IMG/VR virus record: IMGVR_UViG_3300009183_000076
Strand: one strand, 5' to 3'
Length of the DNA stretch: 20,000 bases
DNA from: an uncultured virus (IMG/VR IMGVR_UViG_3300009183_000076)
Taxonomy: Duplodnaviria > Heunggongvirae > Uroviricota > Caudoviricetes
Below are positions 7,348-19,300 of this stretch, one piece after another (the stretch's first letter is position 1; the number at the start of each line of letters is the position of its first letter). The position numbers and the translations under genes were made by a program. The notes below the pieces were generated by a model that worked only from the letters and a program-made list of their open reading frames with translations, was not told the DNA's origin and did no database searches.

Positions 7348-10300
7348 ATGGCCGTAATTAAAAGTATTCAATTTTTACCAGACATTTTTCAGACTGACGC
7401 TAATAAAAAATTTCTGAATGCCACCATTGACCAATTAATTAGCGAACCCAATCTTAAAAAGATCAAGGGTTATATTGGAAGAAAGCTTAGTCCTTCATAT
7501 AAAAAATCAGACAGTTATATTGAAGAAGATACTGCTACTAGACAAAATTATCAACTTGAGCCTTCAATTATTATTAAAAATTCAATCACTGACACAATTG
7601 ATTTTGCTACAACGTATAGTGATATTATTAATAAAATAAAATATTATGGCGGATTATCGCAAAATCATAATAGACTATTTGATAACGAATACTATACGTA
7701 TGATCCAAAAATTGATTTGGATAAATTCGTTAATTTTAGTCAATATTATTGGTTAGAAAATGGACCAGGTGCAGTCACGGTGACTGCTGCCGGCATACCT
7801 TTAGTAAACACATTTACTGTAACATACGATAGTCCAACAAAAGCTTATTACTTCACAGGGTACGATAACACACCAAATCCCACCATTACATTGGCACGAG
7901 GTGGAACATACTATTTTGATATAAATGAGCCTGGGAATAATTTTTATATTCAATCCTTACCAGGACAAACCGGAACCAATCCGGCATTACCAAATATTAA
8001 TACTAGAACAATATTAGGAGTCACTGACAACGGTAACGATGTGGGACTAGTTAGATTTAGTGTACCGAGTGAGACTGCGCAAGTCCAGTGGACATCAATG
8101 ACAATAGCAGGAAAAGTTGACTTTGCTACAAATTTAAGCTATCAACAAATACACGGCAGTACTGTTGAAGAAATTAATAGTATTGGTGGATTAGATGGAT
8201 TTTCTGTTTCTTTAACGGCTAAACAAATAATTTTTATTAATAATGAATTAATTGATGACGAGTTTTGGGCAACACCGGAAATAACAGTTGTCGACGGCGT
8301 AGCATACATTGATACTGTTAATCCTGAGACAATGATTCCGTTCAGTGGTAGAAACGACATTTATCAAATTAATATTGTGCCCGATGACACCGAAACAGAA
8401 AGAGTTGTATTAACACCAGTTGTATCTGTTACAGACGAACAAAAAATAATTGTTAAATCTGGCGTAGACAATGTAGGAAAAGAGTTTTATAGCCGTCAAG
8501 GCCTAATTACTGAAGTGCCGCCTATAACGGCACCACTAGCAACACTATTTTATCAAAATGCACACGAAAGTAGTGCAGTTGGCGGAATACAAATAATTGA
8601 TCCAGTAGATGCAACTATTGATCCTGATTTAGAGATAGTGGGTAAAATAAATTATACCAGTCCGAACGGTATTCAATTTACCAACGGATTAAAAATTACA
8701 TTTGATAGTTCAACCACCTCCACCTATGCAAATAATACATATTATGTTGAAGGGGTAGGCACATCTATTATATTAGTACCTGTTACCAGTTTGATCTGCG
8801 ACGAATTAGACAATGATTTATCTACGCCGGATTATCTAACAATTAAAAGAGACAGTATAGATTTAAATGCATGGAGTAGAAGTAATAGATGGTTTCATTC
8901 TGACGTAATTACATTAACATCAACATACAATGATACAGAATTAGTATTTGATCAAAACCTACGAGCTCAACGCCCAATAATTGAATTTCAATCAAACTAT
9001 CAATTGTACAACGAAGGTGCCGAAGCTAAACAACCTATAGATATAATTGATACAACTATTACTAGAGCCTTTACACAAGTGCAAGGAGTAATATGTGCGT
9101 CAGCCGCTAGCCATACGTTTACTGTAGATGGTGAATCTGTTACTCTCACTCACGGTGATAGAGTAATATTCAGTACTGACTTAAACAACAATGTAAGAGA
9201 TAAAATTTTTAACTTTAGTATAATAGAGGCATCAACCTCTCCAACTTTAGTGCGACGTGCTTATATTGAAGAAGCAGATGACTCGTTGGTAGAACAAGGG
9301 CATACAGTACTGGTTAGATCTGGAACCAATGGCGGTAAACAATGGCATTATAACGGTGAATCATGGATCCCTTCACAACTTAAAACCTCAGTTAATCAAG
9401 CTCCTCAATTTGATGTTATTAATGAATCTGGTATAAGCTTGTCTAACCAAGCATCATATCCTGGATCAAATTTTAACGGAACAAAAATTTTTTCCTATAA
9501 AACCGGAACCGGAACAGTTGATTCAGTACTGGGATTTAGTTTAAGTTATAAAAATTTTATTAGTCAAGGCGATATTCAATTTGACAATAATTTTGATTTT
9601 GAAAGTTTTACCTACATTGTGGCAGGCGGAACCGAGTCGGCTAGTATTAATAACGGATTTTTGCAGAAAAATTTATCAAGAACTACCTGCCAAAGACAAA
9701 ACATTTGGACTATTAACAATCAATTTAGCAAACAATATCAAATATATGATTTTATATACGACGGAGTAACTAATTTATTTCCTATAGATTATATCCCTGA
9801 CGCCAGTACAGATGTACCAAATATTAAAGTTATTGTAAACAACAATAATTTAGCGGTAGAAAACTTTGGGGTTACAAAAGTAGTAGATAGGTACTCAATA
9901 TTAATTAATCCTGATATCATCACAGCCAACGATGTAATTTTTGTTTTAATATTTAATAGAGTAAACGTTGCACCAAATGCGTATTACGAAATACCTTTAA
10001 ATTTTGATATTAACAGTCTTAATACCAACTTGCAAACATTGACATTGGGTCAAGTTCGAAATCATCTGATTACTATTAAAAATAATAGTTTAAACATCGT
10101 CGGAGATGTACCTGGATCAAATAACTTACGAGATATTAATTTTATTAACAAAGGCGGCAGTATTTTACAGCACAGTGCCCCTGTAGTTTATGCTGGATTG
10201 TTTTTAAATCATCCTACAATGAATTTTGTAAGCAGTCTAAAGTTAGCAAGTAAAGAGTATAATAAATTTAAAATTAAATTTTTAGAATTAGCAGTTAATT

Positions 10301-13300
10301 TAAACATTGATACCACTGATATCTTGGGTAGTGTTGATTTAATTGTTGCTAATATTAATGCTGCAAAAAATAATACTTTTCCGTGGTATTACAGCGACAT
10401 GGTACCGTTTGGTGATACTGACAGAGTGCTTATACCCACTTATACTATATTAAATGTTGAGTTAAAAAGCTACGAAATAACAAATATATTCAATGATACA
10501 GTGGTTAGTAATAAATCAGTGTTGGTTTATTTGTCAAGAACTATTAACGGGATAACCACCAAAACATCATTGGTCAGAGGAAGAGATTTTTACTTTAATC
10601 AAGACCGTCCGGCAATAACTTTTCAACCTACTTTTAATTTGTTATACGGAGACCAAATTGACATTGTAGAATATAATAATACCGATGGTAGTTATATACC
10701 AGAAACTCCAACCAAATTAGGCATATATCCAAAGTATATTCCAGAAATTTTTATTGACAACACTTATACAACACCTCGGTCTGTTATTCAAGGACACGAT
10801 GGTAGCTTAACACCAGCCTTTGGTGATTATAGAGATGATTTGTTATTAGAACTAGAGCGTAGAATTTACAATAATATTAAAGTAAATTATGACACCAATG
10901 TTTTTAACTTACATGACTATATTCCTGGAAAGTTCAGAGTCACAGATTATGCATTATCTGAATTCACTGAAATCGTCAGTAAAGAATTTTTAGCCTGGGT
11001 TGGTACAAATAGAATTGATTATACTAGTAATAATGTATTTTCAGCTAGTGATCCTTTTACATGGAACTATCGTAAGTTTAGAGACGTAGTCAACGGCGAA
11101 ACTTTACCTGGTACTTGGCGTAGTATCTATAGATATTTTTACGATACAGACCGACCACACACACATCCATGGGAAATGCTTGGTTTCAGCGAAAAACCCG
11201 ACTACTGGGACACACGCTATGGACCTGCACCGTATACTGGTGGTAACGACATATTATGGAGTGATCTAAGCACCGGATATATAGCCGAAGGTACACGAGC
11301 TGGATTTGATACAAGATATCAACGACCCAATTTATCTTTTTACATTCCAGTTGACGATAGTGGTAATTTACGTAGCCCCGAAGAAATTTTAGTTGCAGAT
11401 TTTGATAGTCAGAAAGCCAACACTTCTTATGCAGTAGGCGACATTGGACCTGCTGAGTTAGCATGGCGTCGCAGTTCGGAGTTTCCGTTTGCAATGCATC
11501 TAGCACTGGCTTTAATGAAGCCAGCCAAATACTTTGCTTTATTGACTGATGTTTCGAACTATAACAGAAATTTAGTTACTGCACAGTTTAATGTTAACAC
11601 AACATTCCAACATTTAACTCCTTCGTCGATTCAAATTCATGGATATGACGATAATGGTACAATTATTAGATCTGCCGGGTACATAAATTGGATTAGAGAT
11701 TATCTTAAAAATTTAGGTATTGGTGATCCTGGTACTGTTATTAAAAACAATCTAGACAATCTAAATGTTCAATTGTCCTATAAAATGGCAGGTTACACTG
11801 ATAAACGATTCATTGAATTGTTAGCAGAACAAAATAGTCCTAGCAGCATCAATGACAGCGTTGTAATTCCTGATGAAAATTATAGGATCGAACTGTATAA
11901 AGGTTCCCCGATTAACAAGATCTTTTATAGCGCAGTAATAGTAGAAAAAACACCAAACGGGTATTCTGTAAGCGGATACAATACAAATAATCCTTATTTT
12001 TATATTATTCCCAGCGAAGTGAATAATAACGCATATACAATTACTGTAGGAACACAGCTCGGCGTTATTTACAAAGACTTTAAAAAAATAAAATATACAA
12101 TACCTTACGGATTTGAATTTAATTCAAAGCAGCAAGTTGTTGATTTTCTAGTAGGGTACCAACGTTACTTGCAAAGTCAAGGGTTTATTTTCACTGACAA
12201 GAACTCTGCTCTCAATGAACAACAAGATTTTATATTGAGCTCTAAAGAATTTTTATATTGGAGTTCACAGGGCTGGAGAAATGGTTCAATACTGGTTCTG
12301 AGTCCGGTACTAGCTAATTTAAAAATCTATGATACTGAATCAGTAGTAGATGAAATTAAGAATGCACCGTTTTCTAGTAGAATATTAGATATCAATCTAA
12401 AGGCAATTACTGTTAATAATTTTACAGTTAATAGAGAAAGCAATTTATTTTCCCTAACAGTGAACAATGATCAAACGATTGGCTTTGCAGAGTTAGATTT
12501 AGTGCAATACGAACATCTATTAATATTAGATAATTTAACAGTATTCCAAGATGTCATCTATGTACCTGAATTGGGAAACAGACAGTATCGATTGCGCCTA
12601 GTAGGATCAAAGACTGCAGACTGGAGTGGAAGCTTAGAACTTCCGGGTTTTGTTTACAACAGTGGTAAAGTTGATGAATGGTTAACAGGTGCTGACTATC
12701 AAAAAGGATCAGTGGTTAGATATAAATTTAACTATTACACAGCACTGCAAGACATTGCAGCAGCAGATACGTTTCAATCTCTTTATTGGAAACAAATTTC
12801 AATTACAGAATTAAAGTCTGGAATGATCAACAACTTTGCTACAAACGCATCTCAGTCGTTGAACTATTATGATATTGATGCTCAACCAACCAATGAATCG
12901 TTGCAGTTGTTTAGCAACGGACTAATTGGATTTAGAGATAGAGACTATTTTACCAATTTGGGAATTGATGCAACTACTCAAAGTAAGTTTTATCAAGGGT
13001 TTATAAAACAAAAAGGAACAACAAACTCTATTAGAGCGTTGCGTGGAGCAACTTTCAGTGACCTTGACACAGGTATTGATGTATTTGAAAACTGGGCAGT
13101 TCGTGTAGGCGAGTATGGATCTACAGACCTGAATCAGTTCATTGAGGTGATATTAGATGAAGTAGATTTTACAAATAATCCTGCTCCACTACAATTTATT
13201 GACAATAGTGTGACAGAACAGGCAGACATACCAAAGTTTGAATTAACCAACATACACAAGAAAAGCGATAACTTTGTTGCTAATTTATTTAAACCAGAGA

Positions 13301-16300
13301 CAACAGACGAATCATCACTGCTAAAACCTTTACCTGTTGCTGGATTTGTTAATCTGGATGATGTTGATGCCACTATTTTTAGCATACAAAATTATCAAGA
13401 CTTAACAAGTATAATAGACAATATTGGTACAGGATTTAAAATTTGGGTGGCCAGAGATTTTAACAACACCTGGAATGTGTACAGGGCAACAAATATTCAG
13501 GCTCCTGTAATTTTCTTAAGTTATAATATTGATTCAATTGCTCAATTTGTAACTACCAGAGATCATGGGTTAGCCGAGGGCGACATAATCGCTATTAAGA
13601 ATTTTGACACTAGATTCAATGGTGTTTATCAAGTGTATTCTGTAATTGATACTACTAGATTTTATGTAACTATGTATCAAAATTTATCAACTCTGATACA
13701 AGAACAAGGAGTTAGTGGTGTAGGCATTTTATTCAAACTGACCACTAGTAAAGTTGATTATCAATATCAAATTGACAGTGTTAGGCCAATCTCAGGTTGG
13801 CAAGAAAACGATAAAATTTGGGTATCAGATCTTGATGGCAATAAAAATTGGGCAGTGTACAATAAAAATGACTCATGGATGTATCAAGAAGAAGTAACAC
13901 TAAACAATAGTCAATATATTGGCAACGACAGCTTTGGAAAATCCGTCAGTCTCAGCGACGATGGCAAACTTTTATATTCTGGTGCACCAGATTCTGGAAC
14001 AGGAAGATTGAGTATATTTGCTAAAAATACATCAAATCGTTGGGATCCTAAAGGATTTTTATGGGGCAACAGCGAGCAACTCAGCGGATTTGGTGCTAAA
14101 GTTGCCAATGGTAGTGGATACTTAGCTGTCGCAGCTCCGTCAAGTTACAGTGATCGTGGATATGTTTACGTTTACAAAGATTTGGTGCTAGTACAGATTC
14201 TAGTAGACTCAGCAGGAGCAACAGACTATAAATTTGGTCAAGCGTTGGCAATGAGTGACGATGGCACTTATCTTTACATTGGCAGTCCTGGTGCAAATAA
14301 AGTATTTTGTTATGCACTTGAGGTACCAAGATCAGTTGTGAGTCAAGTTTTTCCTGATGCAACAACTGGTGCAAATCCTCCGGACAGTAACAGAACAGTG
14401 TTTGTTTTAGATACAACTGTAACAATTACAAACGCCGAGGATATTGTTGTTTCCTCTCCTCAAAGATCTTTAGAGTACATTCCTTATGTTGACTACACCA
14501 TTGGCACATGTACTAACGGAGTCAACGGATTTTCAACATCAGGCACTGCAATAGATCCTGCACCAACTGCGTCTGTCACATACTACGGGTTATCAGCGTC
14601 AGGCGGCTCGGGAACCGGAGCTAAATTTAATGTTACTAGAACACTAGGATCTACAACCTACGCTGTAACTTGTGTTGATCCAGGAAATGGCTACACAGTA
14701 GGAAATACATTAACTATTTTAGGAACAGCAGTAGGCGGAACAACACCAACTAATGATTTAAGTATCGTAGTCGCTAGCGTTTATACTAAAACAAAGTTAA
14801 TTTTTAATACTGCTCCTGCTACCTTTGAAAAAATTGCAGTAGTAGCACAGGCTAATTATTATAAACTTATTGAAACTTTGCCACTGACTACTGAAGCACC
14901 TGCATTGAGTAATTTTGGATCTGCACTTGTTTGTAACTCTGAAGGAAACACTCTTGTTGTTGGCGCCAATCAATATCAAATTGACGGAGTGACTGGTGCT
15001 GGCGCAGTTTTTGTTTATCATAGAACGATTACAGAATTTGTTACAGATGGTATTATTGGTAGTTATCAAACAGCTGATGATTTTAATTCGATCTCTCGTG
15101 TTACTTTGACAGGAGAAGTACTAGTTAACGGAATAGATTACTATATAGTAGGAACAAAAACTATTCAATTCAATACATTTAATACTCCGTTGATAAATCA
15201 AAGATTGAAAGCAGAAACCAATCAGTTTGTGCTAGATCAGACGCTAGTAAGCGACACTACAACTACAATAAATGAATTGTTTGGGTCAGAAGTGGCCATG
15301 TGTAATACAGGATGTAATATCTATGTGTCAAGTCCGGCTTATAAAGATTCTCATTATTCTTTTGGTAAAGTGACAAGATTTATTAATCTTGGAAGAATAT
15401 ACGGAACAGTAACTGGTACAATAGCAAATCCAGTGATCACTCCCGCACATACAATAATAATAAACAATTTTAAAGTAGAATTCACCGACACCACAGTAAC
15501 GCAGGCAGCGAATGCAATTAATGCATCTAATATACCTGGTATTAGTGCTGCAGTAATTGATAATAAAATTCAAATTAACAGTGATATTTTAGTAATTGGT
15601 GAGAAGCTTGATATTAAAGAAGGAAACGGAACAGCACTGGCTGATTTAGGATTAAACATATATCAGTTGGCTCAAACGTTAAAGCATCCATATTCCGTTG
15701 GAGAAAAGTTTGGAATCTCAATTGCAGTGAATCAAACAAACGGATTCCTGGCCATTGGTAGCGACGGTGCGGATACCTCTACAACAACATCAATTGACAC
15801 AACAACTAACACTAAATTTGATAGTAGTAGTACTACCTTTTCAGATTTTTCCAAAGATTCTGGGGCGGTGTATCTGTTTGATTTACTAAACAATCCATTT
15901 GAATCTGCAGACAGCCCGTCATTGTTTTCGTACACTCAGAAATTATTTGCACCGGTTATTGATGACAATTACGAATTTGGATCCTCTATTGATATGTATA
16001 ACGATATCTTGGTTGTCGGGACAGCTAAATCTAGTTCACAAGTGCCGCAAGGTGGATCTGTTATAAGTTTTTATAACGAAAATGTCAAATCAGGTTGGGA
16101 ACTAATACGTTATAAAGAGCCGCGTGTAGATATTACAACTATAACCAGTTCTTTTGTTTATAATAAAAGAACACAAAACATTGTTAGCTTCTTTGACATA
16201 CTAGATCCTGCCAAAGGCAAAATATTAGGCACTGCTGATCAAGAAATTGATTATAGAGAAGATTACGATCCTGCTTCGTATAACGTCAGAACAAGTTTGG

Positions 16301-19300
16301 GTGTAATATTAAATGAAAATTTTTATTGGACAAGTCGCCACGTTGGAAAGTCGTGGTGGGACACGTTGGTTGCAAGTTTCATTGACTACGAACAAGATTC
16401 TTTGAATTATAGAATTAAAAATTGGGGAGCATTATTTCCCGGAAGTCAGATTAAAATCTACGAATGGGTAGAAAGCGACTTTTTGCCAAGCCAGTATGTT
16501 AATAACGGGGGCGACGGAATACCAAAATATAGTGACAACAGTGCATATAGTTTTGAAACAATAGTGGATCCTGCTACTGGAATTATAACACAAAAATACT
16601 ATTATTGGGTTGGTGGAAAAACCTCAGTGAACCCAAATGTTGCAAAACGCACAATAAGCACCAGTGCTCTAGAAATATTAATTTCTAATCCCAAGGATCA
16701 AGGAATATCATATATTGCTCCGTTAGCATTGAACGCTTTGTCTTTGTACAATATCGCCGATGTGTTAACTGGTCAAGACATAGTATTACATCTTGATTTT
16801 GGTTTATCTAGAAATTCAAATTTGATTCATAATGAATATCAATTGGTACAACAAGGAAATCCTCTTCAAGATATCCCCACTCGAGTTATTAATAAACTTA
16901 GAGATAGTCTAGTTGGATTTAATTCCAATGGTCAGTTAATACCGGATCCATTGATTAGTGCTGATAATAGAATAGGTATATTGCTAAGACCAAGACAATC
17001 TTTCTTTGTAAATCGTCTTCCAGCATTAAAAACTTTTGTGACTTCTTTAAATTTAGTTTTTAAAGAAAATCCGATACTACTTACTACAAATCCGTCGTTG
17101 CTTTACTCAGAGCAGTCAGTGCCTGCGATGTTTGACGCAGAAACAGGTAGTTCAACAGAGTTATCTTATTTAAATACTGCAAACTTTCCCAACGGATACA
17201 GCGTGTTAATAAGAAACGATGCAGACTTTAACGGAAAATGGACCTTATATACTTTTAATAGTACAGCAGCAAAGTTTGAAGTGAATCAAATTCAAAGTTA
17301 CAAAACATCACTTTTTTGGGACAAAATTGATTGGTATGATTCTACGTACCAAGAAGGTACAAAGATTTCGTTTGTAGTTGATAGATATGCAGATATTCAA
17401 ACTATTAGTCCACTCAGTGGAGACACAATCAAGATTCTTGATAACGGTAATGGACAATGGTTAATATATCAGGTTAATGCAGATTTAACACTAAATTTAG
17501 TAGCTGCACAAGACGCTAGTTTACAACTTAAAACAGAACTATACGATAGTACATTGAGTGCAGGTTTTGATGCTAAGGTTTACGATCTAACTGAATTTGA
17601 TCCACAAGCTGGATTAGAATTAGCTAATATTTTTAATAGTGTGTACCAGGAAATTTTTATTAAAGATTTAGCCATTAAATTTAATGATTTATTTTTTGAA
17701 ATTGTAAATTATATTTTATCCGAACAGATTAGTCCAGACTGGATCTTTAAGACCAGTTTCATTGATGTTAATCATCAGCTAAGAACATTAAAACAAATAT
17801 CTAATTACACCAGAGATAATCAAAATTTCTACGAAGACTATATCAATGAGGCAAAACCATATAGAACTAAAATAAGAGAATATGTTCCGCAGTATTCTAA
17901 TTTAGATTCTATTACCGGTCAGTGGACAGATTTTGATTTACCAAATCGTTATGATTCAACAACTGGCACTTTCCGTAGTCCTGATTCTAGAGACGCAACA
18001 GATGCTGCTTTATTGGAATCTGACGCCATATACGCTGACTGGAATAACAATTATAAATTTAAAGTGGTTGATTTTAGAATTGCAGATGCAGGGCAAGGAT
18101 ATTCAATAGCACCAACAGTAGATATAATAGGTGGTGGCGGTACTGGTGCAACCGCCAATGCTACGATTAATTTATCAACTGGTGAAGTTACAAATGTCTA
18201 CATAACTAATCCAGGATCAGGTTATACTAGTACACCTACTGTGGTAATTAACGGGTTAGGAACTGGTGCACGAGCATATCCTATTTTAAACAACGAATAC
18301 TACGCAGCAGACACTACAAAAAGTTATAATTTTGTACGCAGTACAAATACTATTATTAAATTTGATCGAATTGATTACGAAACAAGCGTAATAGAATGGG
18401 ATTCAACGGTTGTTGGGCTAAGTCCAACAGTAATTGGCTCAGGGGCCAACACTGGTAATTTATGGGTATCAAGTGGAAATCTTTATAGCTACAGTAACGA
18501 AATTTATGCCTTAAATTATGCTTACTCGGTAGAGTCACCATTATTTGATTATACAAAGTTTACAAAAATAAACCCTGGCAATGTATTAATTAGAGCAGCT
18601 GACAGAATACAAACTTATTATAGTGCAGCACCGGGTCGTACAAGTAAAGATCTCAAACAGTTAATGAACGGGGTTGATTATCCTGGAATAAATGTATTGG
18701 GAGAAACTTTTACTGCTAATAGTTTTTATTTAACAAGCAATGTTGTTAGTTTTGATTATACTGGGTTACGTATAACTAGCTCTGATGTGACCAATCTTGA
18801 CTTTGTCAAAGAAGGATTTGATTTAAATCATCCCATACGAATTGAAGCAATGTTACCGTTTGATTTTGGCAATAACGGAACCTTTAAAATTGTTAGCATT
18901 GCCAGAGATGAAATGACGCTGACAGGTGGGCAAATTGATTCAATCTATACATTAACTGTAGGAAATTATATTACAGCCAATATTGGTGATTACATTAACC
19001 AAGCCAATACTTCGGCCAATGCGTATGTATTGGCTAATGTAGTAAATTCAAGAACTGTTCCGATAATACATACCACTTTAGGATTTATAAACTCACCCGA
19101 AGTTATATCCATCAATGGTATAACCACAGCAGCTAATGTTCAGGAACTGGTTGTTGGCGGTAATGTACCCAATGTTAAAATTTCTAGTCTGTATCTAGAT
19201 GAAGTCATTGATAGCAATATCTATAGCACTTATCTAGACACAGCATTGGGAACCAGACCTGAGGACATTAACATTGTTGGCGGAGCATACGTTGATACTT

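Noticed and set aside
7334..7357. Stop-codon reassignment (TAG read-through, as in some large phages)
   Set aside because: The long genes are intact under the standard code. TAG appears only as a terminal stop, and read-through at 7334 would hit TAA within 7 codons.
12721..12728. TATAAATT and similar intragenic matches to the late promoter (also near 15, 3035, 14227, 18052)
   Set aside because: These are imperfect matches inside coding sequence, expected by chance in AT-rich DNA (Tyr-Lys-Phe codons).
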